A stretch of 64,000 nt of DNA from Macrostomum lignano (lineage: Eukaryota): the NCBI GenBank assembly GCA_002269645.1, contig NIVC01000405.1, positions 1-64,000 on the forward strand. Direction: 5' to 3'. Positions 11,311 through 23,536 of this stretch are shown piece by piece (the stretch's first letter is position 1; every line of letters starts with the position of its first letter). The position numbers and the translations under genes were made by a program. The notes under the pieces are model-generated. The model saw only the letters and a list, made by a program, of their open reading frames with translations, had not been told where the DNA came from and searched no databases.

Positions 11311-12317
11311 ATCCAGGCTGCAGCCATGAGCTGGATTCTTTATCTGGTCGTTAATCATGAGGTACAAAAGTCTGTCGACCGAAGCAAGTCTTTGGGATGT
11401 TGTACGAGTACTCTCATGGTTGTTTTATTTCGTCGGCCGTTTGCTAACTGCTTTGATCACGTCATCTTTTCTGTCAATTAGCAGCCCTGAGAGGAATACT
11501 CGCGTATCTTCAGCTCCACTGCGGTCTTCGCAGCAATCTAACAACCAAAGGAAATACGCATTTCTTTGGAGGTATTTAAATTTAAAAAGTACCTTTTAAG
11601 TAAAGCTTGAGATGTTAAAATTTACATGGTTCGAATAATTGAGTTGGAATACATGTATATTGCATTGCAACGCATTTTCATAAATCATGTATTCAGCTTC
11701 ATGCGTCTAAATGCGCCAACTACATGTAGATACTGTAGCTAGTGAGCTTGTTTTCTCTTAATTGGACTCTTCTGAAATAAAAGAGACGTGAAAACTGATC
11801 GTCCGATAATTATTATATATAATTCGTCCAACCCTCGCACACCGCTCCCCCCACTTAAGACTGCCGCGGCGTAGCTATAAAGTTGCGTCACTCGCAAAGA
11901 TTGAGAAACTTTATTACCTTTCACTCTCAAAGTGGCAACCACAGATGGAATCTTCTGTGATGGCGACTTTTCGATGTTGCTGAGTATAGTTGCATATGAT
12001 ATTATATAAAGCCAAAAGTCACCTTCGCCAATTGGCAATTTCAGCTTTATTTTTACTTTTGTATAACATGTATAACAATTGTATAACATGTTTCTAAGGG
12101 AAAATTTTACGTTTTTCAAGTTAAACAAATGATATGCTAAAATAGGCTAGTTCTTCGATACAAAATCTTACCCTGTATGATAATTTTTTTTAAAACGCCA
12201 AAGAAGAAAATGCATCTTATAATTTTATAGTTTATAATAACTTCAAATTTTTTCGATTTTCGTTTTCATTTTTTAAATATCGTCAAGCTGATCGACAGTT
12301 ACTAGTACTATCGAGCC

Positions 12318-13004
12318 ATGTGTGGGTTCCCCGACAGATATTCACCAGACAGGGGTCTCCCTAAAACACGCCCCGCACCGCCCGCACCGCCCTGAAAAAA
12401 AAATTGGCATGAATGCAAAGTGTGTCAAAAGACGAATTCATTGGCACCCCTTAAAAACACATTTTGGAAGCAAATATCTCGGGAAATACAAAAAGGAATC
12501 ATGTGTCTAAGATGTCATTGCAAAGCTGAGACATGCGTCAAGAAGTGATAAAAGTTTCAGAGCAAATGATTAAAGCGTTGAGACGCAGCGATAAATCAAA
12601 GTTATGGTTTATCTTGGTTGAAGATCGTTGATCAACAAAAAGTTTGATTTATCGCTACGTCTCAATGCTTTAATCATTTGCTCTGAAACTTTTATCACTT
12701 CTTGACGCATGTCTCAGCTTTGCAATGACATCTTAGACACATGATTCCCTTTTGTATTTCTCGAGATATTTGCTTCCAAAATGTGTTTTTAAGGGGTGCC
12801 AATGAATTCGTCTTTTGACACACTTTGCATTCATGCCATTTTTTTTTCTTTGGGACAGAAAACTTCTGCTTACAAATTTTTAAAGCTGAATATGGCGTCA
12901 GAGTAAGGAATGTATCCCAAAACATGAATTCATTTTTTGTTTGAATTATCTGCCCGAAGAAAAAAATATCTGTCTGGTGAATATCTGTCGGGGGACCCAC
13001 ACAT
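12318..13004. mobile_element. Non-autonomous foldback DNA transposon (MITE) with 9-bp TSD, Mutator-like
   Basis: TIRs atgtgtgggttccccgacagatattcaccagaca / tgtctggtgaatatctgtcgggggacccacacat. Perfect TSD tatcgagcc at 12309-12317 and 13005-13013. Inner near-perfect inverted arms at ~12405-12600 and ~12645-12840. A 9-bp TSD is typical of MULEs. Confidence 0.85.
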
Positions 13005-13804
13005 TATCGAGCCATCGATCAGGAACTTAACGTAATTTACCATGTTGAAAGTCTTGCTCTTTCTGCATTATTACCATATTATGTAGCGTGTTTCCTAATC
13101 TTATTTTTTGCTTTATGGCAAATAAGTATATTGGGAGACATGATTTTATTAATTTTAATACATGTAGTTGCGTTTTTGACTTTTGGCTCATCTGAGTCAA
13201 GTTGAATGCTCAACAGACGCATAGTTGCACTTTATGATTATGTTAATTCAGTGAAAAACTGTCAGTGTATGAACGGAACAGTGTGTCAATACATATTTAC
13301 GTTATTTTTTTATAATCTCAATTATGGCTTGCTTCTAGCTATACTATACTAATTTAATTACCATCTGGAGAATTTTTTTCAAATGTATCTTAGGGAATGT
13401 TTTGAGATGATAAAATTAAATTATTAATTAAAAGGAGCAAATCAACAATTCGATACTCTATTTAAACAATAGATCCTTGCTTGCAGAAATTTTTAATGTA
13501 GTTAAGACTATAAAATTTATAAAGCTCATATTAACACATTCTAGCTAATTGAAATGGCTTTTAGGTATATAGCTTAAAATATAGTCCAAGAGCTCATTTT
13601 GTTTATATCCAATAATTAGTCAATATAAATTTTGCATAGCAATAATGTAGATAGCTGGAAATTATTTTATGAAATGAAGTACTTTAAATCTAAAACTATT
13701 TATTGATATTTTATTTTTTCTCTTAATATAAGCTATATCTATCATTTGAATCATAAAACCTAAACATAAATATAATATTTCAGCTAGCATCTTTGAATGC
13801 TACC

Positions 13805-14266
13805 ATGGCTCTGGCTGAAAAATCATTCAAATTGATTCAAACATTGAGCAAACAAATACCATCTGTTGGACTAAAGTATAGTTTTTGGGATGACACATTT
13901 CCAAAGCTATCAACCAAAACAAAGTTTGCAGTGGAAAAGTCAGATCAAAAACTAGTGCTATGCATTCAAAGAACTACTACTTTTCTTGAAGACATTGCAG
14001 CCATTGGACTATCGCCTTTCCAGGCTATCAATCTAATTTATAGCCTGTTTCCTAAATCATATACTGTGTCTGATATGCTACAAGTTCTTTGGGAAAGAAA
14101 TGAATTTCCAAAGTACATTGTATTTGGAGCTTTATGCAGGAATGGAAGTCTGCTTCAAATTGATAGTGAAGAGCACGAGACCATTGCTCCAGACACTATT
14201 GTTGAGGTTTTCGAAGGCTTTGTGGTCTATGGTTTTACAAACGATGGTGAGTTCTTTTCTACCTAG
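13805..14266 (+). CDS. Orphan single-exon ORF, 153 aa, unknown function
   Basis: Open frame in very AT-rich surroundings, with Kozak-like accATGg and an upstream acceptor (ttttcag, ends 13782). Mixed globular composition (MALAEKSFKLIQ...VEVFEGFVVYGFTNDGEFFST). No family recognised. Confidence 0.5.
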   Translation: MALAEKSFKLIQTLSKQIPSVGLKYSFWDDTFPKLSTKTKFAVEKSDQKLVLCIQRTTTFLEDIAAIGLSPFQAINLIYSLFPKSYTVSDMLQVLWERNEFPKYIVFGALCRNGSLLQIDSEEHETIAPDTIVEVFEGFVVYGFTNDGEFFST

Positions 14267-16105
14267 TTTGCCTATCAAGTCTATAAATATAAAATTTAAA
14301 CTGTCTATCTGTGTACAAATTACATTGCAATGGATTCCTAAATGGCTCACACAAATTAATTATACCAAAGTTTAGACCCACCCAAAACTCACCATGAAGA
14401 AGGCTCCCGGCTTTTTAAAATTTCCTATTTGTACCTAAAGCAGGAAACTGCTAAAAGTGCATTTTTCACTAAATCCTCCATAGCGTTGCTCCACTTCTAC
14501 CAATGCTATTCAACTCTGACGCAACAATATTAATCAGCTATTATGACGCAATCGTGTAAAATTTTGCGTTTTAATGTTAATTCTGAACGTCGCTGTGCAC
14601 TTTTAAAGTTTTGTTTTATTCAGCGAGGCAACCACCCCAACCTCCGCCTCACTTCCCTTCTCTTATCTGGCCAGTTTGTAAAATCTGTTTTAAAACTGAC
14701 TGACCTTCGGCTGCCATTCCACGTGAAGCGATTGCCTTCAAACTTGGCACAATTCTTCAGTTACTTATTTTCTCTGTCTAAATGTAATGTTTGTAACTCC
14801 TAAAGTCGTAAATTCTGTAACTCAATCAGGACAGAACTGTAAGCCTGTAAAGTTTTGTCTGTTTTTTCTGGTGTTAGGCCGCACCAATGTAGGAAATTAA
14901 AAAACGATTAGGTTTTTAGTGACTAAAAGTGACCCACGAAACCTGTATATTAATCTATCTGAATTACGACATGGTTAGGCATTTTTTTCAAGGACGACTT
15001 AAGTAGGACGGGAAACTAAGCTTCTTGAAAATTTTAGGAGGCGAATTTTTTGATAAAATATACTACAGAGATAGGAGTTTTCATTATTTCAGCACAAAAA
15101 TTGTTATTGCTTTTGATAGGAGGCAAAGCCAATGCTCATCTATAAAGCTTTCTGTTTAGAAAATTAGATTCTGTATAAAGTTTTTATTCTATGTACATTT
15201 CAAAGTACCTAAAACTCGTAAAAATGCATGTCACAGCTCGACTCATTGGTTTTAATAATCTTTTTATCATCTCTGTTACACCCCACTGGTCAATGCGACC
15301 TCGAATCGACCTCATTTTGGCATCTCGTAACGAGTATACTAAATGTTCCGGCGTAACGACCTCGTTGATTCGACCTCGTGACAGAGTCATAAAAACGAGG
15401 TGAAAACGAGATCGCGTATATTTAGTACTGTACATAGATTTAAATACGGAATTGCAATTAAACTTGCTTTTTGGCTGCATGGACGCATTTTTAAATAACC
15501 AATGATGAGAAAACAACTAGCTGATATGCAATTGAAACGTACAATTTATATCGAACAGCATTATAATATTTTAGGGGGATTGTCTGCACTTTATTTGATA
15601 TATTTGTTTTTCTAAAAAACGTTAAACACTGGCCGACAAGCAATCGAAACACACGAAAAGAAAACGAATGCAAAGCGGAAAAGAATAAGAAACAAAAAAT
15701 AAAGGATGAAACAAAAAATCGTACATGCAACAAAAACGAAATTTTATTCTGCTTTTAAAAAATAGGAAAAGTAACATGAGAAAATTTTTACAGTTATCTG
15801 TTTCCCCTGGTGATCTTACCACTACTATAACAACTTCGAGCGTATGTTACATGTAGTTATTATCTCTTATATTTCACAAGTTTGACCCATTCTTATGCTT
15901 TGCTAGTTTTCCCTCGTAACCGATTGTCGACAGCAAAATTGTTTTTGCTTTTCATATCCCAGTTTTTCTTTAATATAATTTGCTTGTACCATAGTTTGCA
16001 TAATACTCAAGAAACAAGAAAAACAAGGAAAGCAAAACAAAAAATGTGCTGAGTAAGAAATTCATGAACTGTTTCATAGATGGCGTGCGTCGTACAGCAT
16101 CAAAA

Positions 16106-18017
16106 TTAGGTCTCCCTTTGCCTTGCCACTCTCTTGTGAAGTGGTTCAAAATCTTCATCCTCGCTGTCGCAGTCGGCAGAATCGCGTCCCTCGGTTTGGC
16201 TTTCCTCATTGCCGTCAGGCTGAGGGTTTAAGCGCGTTAGGGCTTTACAACGCTGGCCAACATCCTGCAGATAGCGACTAATGCGCCGGGTGACCTCAGC
16301 CGACGTGACTGGCGGCTTGCACGTGGCCATTGCTTCTGGAAAAAAAGATTAAATTTGCATACTTAAAATACCATCAATAGGCCAATATATTAGAGCTAAC
16401 ATCTGAATAAAGCTATATTGCGTAAGTAGATAGGCATAATAGCTGAAAATAACTGATATGACCCTGAAGTTATGAAAGTTTCTAAACAACAACTGCAGCA
16501 TACTGTATAGTATTTAGTCTGATAACGCACTGCATTGGTATACGATCTAATTTCCTTCCCTTTACGATAAATTTTGGTTCTCTACAGTAATTAATTCTAT
16601 TCTCCTATATTTTATGTAGGAATTAAGAAAACTTAGTAAATTTACTCTTGTTTTAAAAACAATAGCCACTACTAAATAATAAATCGGATTATGATTCTCC
16701 TGCAAAACTACGCTTCACAGAGTATGTGACTTACCGCTGATAATGGGCTCAATAGATTCACGAAACGATATCTTCGATCTCGGCCGCCCCTGCTGGCTGT
16801 AATCCTTCCCAGTCAAATTAAACTGGCGTTGAAAATCAGTTGCCAGTAGTGCATCCACCATTGACGTAATCATTCTGTCAACTGACTGGCCGCCCAGCCG
16901 GCGGAGATAAGCAACCTACAATGATGTCAATGACATCAGACTTAGGTAAAAATGCAATCAGAAGCACCTGCTTCAAATATTATAGTTATTTGATTAAATC
17001 AAAAATATCCACTAAGTCTTAGCTTTTGACTTTGAAATTGTTGACCATGACATTCGATATGCGAAGTATACAGGATAGGGAAATTACTCAATCCAAACAT
17101 GCCATAAATGATTGTCTGTATAATATGCACTCAGAAAAATAAACATGCGGTCAGACTCACAATACTTTGTCGGAAATTTTTCTCCTTGACGCGGTTCGAG
17201 AAAGCGGCGTATTCTTCACGGTCCTTGATAGGAAGGCCCAAATCAATTGCCGTGTTGGTGTTGGCCATTGACGCAGCAGGTCTGATTTCTGCAATCGTTT
17301 GTTTTAGTTTAGTCACTTCCGTAAGGACAAGGAGCAGCAGATGAGTATGACCGTCCGGAGAGAAGGGGTCAATACCCTGCGCCTGCAGCGACTGAATGTA
17401 CGGTCGTAGATTTGACTGAAACCTTCCACCACCGCGGGGCTGAGGGGCAAACGATGCTGATGCATGACTAACCAAATTCGTAGACACGCCTGTCGAAACA
17501 ACAGTAGTCTCAACCGCTGACTCATTCGAAATTGTACGTGTAGTTAATGGTGCATTTTTGGCAGGCATTGATGGCAGCTGAATCTCTTGCTGTTGTTGAT
17601 GCTGTGCAGGTAAAGCCTTCACTCGTACTGCTGCAGCATCTAAATCTGCATCGGTTTGCTCATCTTCGGTAGTTAGGTTTCTCATAGGCGGCACGTGATC
17701 CCGACCGGACTTAAAACGGCGAAAGAACGTCAGGATTTTGGCCAACGAGAAGTTTTTTTTGTAGCGAAGATCCTTTGCCTTTTTAAATGTCTCATTTAGA
17801 TCGGTAATAGATGTACAGCCACTTGGACTACAATGCCTGTACTTGATCCATTTTCGTCCTGCAAGTCAACAGCGACTTCTGCGTACCCAGTGTCCATCCA
17901 GTCTTCCTCTGTCCAATTGCGGTGCGGCAAATCTATGAAATCACCAGCAATTACGCGGAATTGATTAAAAGTCCGAAAAAACAGCATAAATGCAGTTGAC
18001 TCGCCTGCTTGCGACAT
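16106..18017 (-). CDS. EnSpm accessory gene (DUF4806-like), 3 exons, one frameshift
   Basis: Exons 18017-17161 (1-nt shift at ~17815), 16915-16735 and 16335-16106, with GT-AG sites and consistent phases. The C-terminal part reads LGLPIKDREEY...FRQSI/VAYLRRLGGQSVDRMITSMVDALLATDFQRQFNLTGK...KISF.../EAMATCKPPVTSAEVTRRISRYLQDVGQR, like DUF4806 proteins that accompany animal EnSpm transposases (recalled, not searched). Confidence 0.7.
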
Positions 18018-18489
18018 TTCTGCAATTTTAAACAAATGGACTGGCTATTTAATTAGTTTTGAGAAAATTATCAGAATTTTAGCATTTGTTCAATAATTTT
18101 ACTTTTAGTAAGCGATCCTCGGTAAAGGAATTTGGCAGGCGAACAAGTTCTAGGCAGTATTCTAGCTCCCCATAGTCGATACAAGCTAACTAGATATAAA
18201 AAGAAAGTATAGGGCAGCATGCAGATTGGGTGGACTAGTAATTTAAAATAACGGCGGTTCATTATCTAAAAATATGAACAAAACTTGAAGATTACAAGCA
18301 GTTAAGTATCTTTTTATACTTATAATATCCAAAGTGCAAATAAAAAATAAAGAAGTTAAAGTCAAACTGGAGCTCATTCTTCAAGAGCATTAATTAAAAG
18401 TCCCAATGTTTACACAAGCCAATAATGCATAAGACTTTTGTGAGAATTTAAACCGTAAAACACGAAACAAAGACGCAAAATACCGATAC

Positions 18490-18871
18490 ACTTCGGGTGT
18501 GTCATAAGAAATGTCACTGAGTGATGTGAAAACAGACAAACTTACAACCGCAGATGAACAAAACCGTATCAATCAACAACACAGTGTCCCCCCAATATCA
18601 ATCGACCCCTGGCAGTGCTCATACAGCTTCTCCACCTCAGCCTTCCTCCAGTTTTTCCTCCAGCTGCCGGAACCAGTGCAACACGGCCTGTTGACATCTT
18701 CATACTTTGCGAAAACTCCTTTTGGAAAAGTCCATGCGAATCTGCTTGGCGCAGGCGTCTTGCTGAGATTTATGGTGAATTATACGTTGCAGCTGGACCA
18801 CCCTTAAGTGCATATGCCTACATACTTTAGACAGAAGGATGCAGTGGCATTACTTATGACACACCCGAAGT
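18490..18871. repeat. 19-bp perfect inverted repeat pair bracketing ~380 bp (possible nested MITE)
   Basis: acttcgggtgtgtcataag 18490-18508 and cttatgacacacccgaagt 18853-18871; no clear TSD. Confidence 0.5.
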
Positions 18872-18891
18872 AGAATGGAGTCAAAATAGGA

Positions 18892-20855
18892 TTAGGATGG
18901 CGAAAAGAGAGCCAAATCAGGATTGGCGAGAGGAATAACGAAATACTCATTGCTCTCACGTGGTATCAGAATACATTTGGACTTTGCCGTGGCATCATAA
19001 ACGATATTGTTTGTCAGTTTATATATACCAATGCCTATTGATGAAGAGCTATATGGAAAAGAGTACATGTCTCTAACAAATTGAATAATTTTACCAATAA
19101 CTTTTGTGCGCCCATACTCGATAGATAGAGCTGAAATAGCAAGTACATGACCACATTGAGTAATACAACAATTGTCCGGCGACGCGCAGGAAAAGTATAG
19201 CGGGCGAGAAGTAGTAGTAACAAAAGCGTTTCGAATGTGAGACATAGTATTTATGGTGTGCATGAAAATATTTGATGTGCACCTTAAGCGACGCTTCAAA
19301 ACTCCGTTGTAGTTTTCGAAAAAAATGCAGACCACTGATCCAATGGACCGAGTGATTCTACAAAATGAGGCATGTGGGATAACAGATGCGCATTAAAAGA
19401 TTGCAGAGCACCTTTGTATAATCCTGGAGCTCTCTGGCAAAAAAGTGTAATACAAGAAGATGCTTGATGAAACAGAGAAGTAGAAAGCTCTTGTGAAACA
19501 AAGCAAAAGATTGCTACATGCAATAGCATCAGGTGGTCAAAATAAGGAGCTGGTAGAAACTTACGAAACAAAACGGGAGCAAGGTACACAATTAAAGTCC
19601 TAAACTCACACGCCTTGAAGTGCTCGAATTCGTCGAGGCTTCTGAGCTTTCTGTGAAACTCACGGGGCAAGCACTTAGAAACTTGAATCATTAGCTGCGA
19701 AAGATGAATTCTCTGAACAGCAGACAATCGGCACGGTAACTTAATACCCTTAATAGAATAAACATATAAAGAAAACAAACGCTTCACAACACCTAGACAC
19801 ACCGAATGCATGTATTCAGGGGGGAGATCTTCCACGAAATTGACAATGCCGAGTAATGGAGAAGATACAAGTTGGTTACTTTCACGCATGGACATGTAAG
19901 CGTCGTTGGTACGTGGCTCATATTGATTATAAGGAAAGCACATACGGTTTTCAATACGAGAGCCTTCAATTTTGCAATATCCACATGCGAGTCTAGCCGA
20001 ATGGCTGTAAATTCCTTGAATGAACGCACGGGCAGGTGCGTCAGCAATAATAATGCAGCGTTCGATTTTTATAGCTTTATTAGCAATGGAAACGTAAGTT
20101 TCCATTAAAGAGCGCAACTCTTGAGCAAAACTCTCAAGATACGTACTCAATGGTGGCCTGTTGATGCCGCAAAAAACTCCGATTGGTAAAGGGACAGATA
20201 AATCAACACCTTTAATGGCAAGCAAAATGGGCCATAGACACATTTTCGAGCTCTTGTACACGGGAACCCCATCAAAGTTGACTAATATTGTCAACTTCTG
20301 GAAGTGATCATTGAGCTTTAAAAGCTGGCGTTCGAAGCAAAAACGAATATTGTTCATAATACCGAAGTAGGCGAATTGGCCACCACATGCGACAGATAAA
20401 AGGTCATGTGAAATAGGTTGACAATAGCGTTTCAAAGTGCTGACCGACTTCGGTACATTGCAACCCTCCTCGTTCAGAATTACTAAAAGGTGTTGCATAG
20501 CTCTTTTGCTAACAGAAAATATCAGCATGAAAGTCAGAAGCTTCGCCGGCAGCGAAGGGCGGCTTGTTTGCGGATTGCTTGTTGCAGAACCTGACTCGTC
20601 ATCGCTTGTATCAGAAGATTCACCACTACTTTCGTGCGAGTAGCAATATGGGATTTCCGAATTGTCTTCACCAGCATCTGGAGCCAGGTCTTTCCACACG
20701 TGCGGATTCGCAAACTCTTCAGCTTCAGAAAGTTGAAATGAAGCAGAAACTTCAGACAAACTCTCATCCTCTACACAATTAGCAGTGCTGTCTGCTGACA
20801 TCAGAGTCAACAGATATTCACGGATGTAGCGATTTGCTGTTTGTCTAGAAGCCAT
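18892..20855 (-). CDS. EnSpm/CACTA-type DDE transposase (~655 aa; one homopolymer frameshift at 19319-19325)
   Basis: Motifs in order: NFDGVP..K...LWPIL, IADAPARAFIQG..HS...CGYC, PPEYMHSVCLGVVKRL, FKACEFR, FNAHLLSHMP...LGPL..WSAF/FENYNGVLKR. The SAF and FEN halves join if the T7 run were T8. Acceptor ttttcag precedes aaATG. Confidence 0.9.
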
Positions 20856-22031
20856 TTCTGAAAAGTTAAAAAAATGATTGTTTTGAGGGTATGATAAAAT
20901 TTTATACTAAAATTATTTAAGTAAATGATTTTCCAAGAGTACTAAGATTCTCTTAGCTAGATTTTTATTAAGATTATCTTACCAATATTCGTTCTAATAA
21001 AAGCTCAACAGCTTATTTTTTACACCTTATTCCAATTTTAGATAGCTAAATAGAACAAAAAAGGTTTTTGTTTAAAACATTAAATATTTGTTAAACTATA
21101 TGTCTGCTTTTTATAATACCCAAGTGATAAAGGAAAAATATTGCAAGCTAAACAGCATAGTTGAATTCAATGAATTAAATTTCAGCTTGTTTTGGCATTT
21201 TGGGGATCTCACTTTTTCACATCAGGCTCAAATAATGTGTATTAACAATCAATTTCATGTAATCATGTTTAATATGAGTTGAAATTATGCCATGGCCATT
21301 GAAATGAAACAAACTTGTTTTTAAAGGTATTATTATATTATTGTCATATATCTTACAATAAATTATTATTTAAAACTTTCTCATTAAAATATTTAGGTCA
21401 ATATATTGTGTTATAAAACTAAAGCATTTTTTGTATTCAGGTTATTGACAATGGCAGCATGGGTTTTAACTTTCTATTATCTTATCTTATTCTATTATCT
21501 TGATTCCATATAGAGGCTTTGCCTAGTCTTTGTTGCTCACTAAAATTGGCATGTTGTAAAACTGGTTATGCACCAGGCTAGCCAGCTCACTAAGCTGGGG
21601 GTTAGCATAGCTTATTATGCCATGCCACCTTTTTTCAAATCTCTCTAGGCCCCTTAATCTTGCGCAGTTTGTGTAAATATAAATATACCCACAAAGAAGC
21701 ATAAACTCTTTGCTGCCATTCTATCCATTGAAATAAAAAGCCTTCTGCCTCTGTTAAAATTTTATTAAAATTAATTAGATAAATGGGATAAGTAACTATG
21801 CACATCTTAAAATAGATCAACTCATTGTCATTGAATTGTATAACACATTTTAGCTAGGCCTTTATTTCTTATTTTGGCATTCTTTTGTTTTGACCCAGCA
21901 CTGTCCCTATGGGAGTTGGGATTTTTGTTATACAATCCCCCACAGAAGACAAATCAAAGTTTAAAATAGGACCACTTCTAAGCATATCATTTTAATATAA
22001 AATCTTGTGTCCTATAGAAGTTAGAAGTGTC

Positions 22032-22668
22032 CTTATATTTGCTTTCATCATATGATCATTTAAATAGTGAAATTATATGTAGATGATTGCAAGACAAAAC
22101 TGAAAAAGCTTGTAGGTTTTGAATTATGATCACATTAATGTTAAAATTGTATTGGAGGGATTGTATGACAAAATGGTAGGAAATTGTTGCTATAATAGAC
22201 GTTTTAACTAAACAATCAATTGCAGCTAGCCTCTCTACAATATGTCTGTAAATAGAAAGCCAAGTCCCTGTGGCGCACATAAGAAGCATTTTTTACTAAA
22301 TAAACTATATTGCACCCTTTTTGGGTACCCCCTAACTTTTGTCTAACGATCCCCCAGTTCATTGGACCTATGTGTTATACCAAGGGGTGATTGTATAACA
22401 AAAGTGAGGGGGGCAGTGTACGCCAACGCATGCAAATTTTATAACAAATACAGTTTTAAGATACAGTCCATAGAGTGACAATGATCAGTTAATATAGCAA
22501 TTTAGGACATAGCAATCCATTCACTTTCATCATACAATCCCTTCAATACAATTCTACTAATGCGGTGATCATAATTCAAAACCTACAAGCTCTTTTGGTT
22601 TTGTCCTGCGATCATTCTACATATAATTTCACCATTTAAATGATTGTATGACAAAGTGAATATAAGCT
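22032..22668. repeat. Degenerate foldback (inverted arms ~22032-22200 / ~22500-22668) nested in the EnSpm element
   Basis: catttaaatagtgaaattatatgtagatgattgcaagacaaaac...ttgtaggttttgaattatgatcac is the reverse complement of gtgatcataattcaaaacctacaag...tctacatataatttcaccatttaaatg, with scattered mismatches. Confidence 0.65.
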
Positions 22669-23363
22669 ATATGCTTTCATAACTATGCTACACCCACAAT
22701 CCTCAAGTTGACTGAAAAGTAAGTTGCAGTGATGATTTAAGTTGACTAGAAAGTGAGTTGCAGTGATTTTTTCTTGAAAAATAAATGTGAAATGTACTTT
22801 TTGATAAACTAGAGTGTCTTTTCAACTCTTTTTTTTGGGGATCATAAGATAAAACTTGACCTGCTCAGGGATCGTAAAACGAAAGAATGCCCTTATTTCT
22901 ACTAGGCCTAATAACTAAAACACTTGGATGCTACAAGTTATTCATAGATATAAAAAATACTAGTTAATATCATATACATGAAATATATGATTGATATTAT
23001 GATGCCTAAATAAAATTAAAATAAAAGATAATTTGTATAGTAAACATAAAACATTCATAGAATGTGTCATATAATAAAATATAAAAACCGAATTGTTGGC
23101 CAAAACTTGTCTATATAGGCCAGCTATGTGGAATTGAAAAATACTTGAATGCACTACTTTCATTTAATATATATTTTACATAAAGAAACTTGTTTTGCTC
23201 TATGAAAATTCTTTTAAAAAAACTAGGCCCTATGTTAAGCAATAAAGTAAATGTTCACTCACTAAAAATAGAAGTTTAAATAAGCAGTATATTTATTAAT
23301 CTTGACAAAAATTAAAATTTATATTACAAAACTTTGAATTTTTTAACATTCAGACAGGCCAGG

Positions 23364-23536
23364 GGCAGTGGAGCCTAATATTTAAGGGGGGCATTGGGCA
23401 CAAAGAAAGTGGGCCACATGTACCTTTATAAGCTGCTAATTAAAGGCTAAAATAAGAAAAAGCACTAAAATTTCCATATGGACTTATTTTCTAGGGGAGG
23501 TGGGCATGTGCCCCCGGTGTCACAAGCTCCACTGCC
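23364..23536. mobile_element. Small GC-rich MITE-like insertion
   Basis: 11-bp inverted ends ggcagtggagc / gctccactgcc in AT-rich DNA; TSD not evident. Confidence 0.35.

Noticed and set aside
10874-11329. Leu/Ser- or Glu/Arg-rich ORFs here and at 30778-31568, 34334-34876, 55065-55520, 56783-57329, 61957-62601 and 63460-63828
   Set aside because: Translations of low-complexity or tandem repeats.
11320-11560. Possible minus-strand exon after a ttgttag acceptor
   Set aside because: All frames stop within ~40 codons and no partner exon or homology is apparent.
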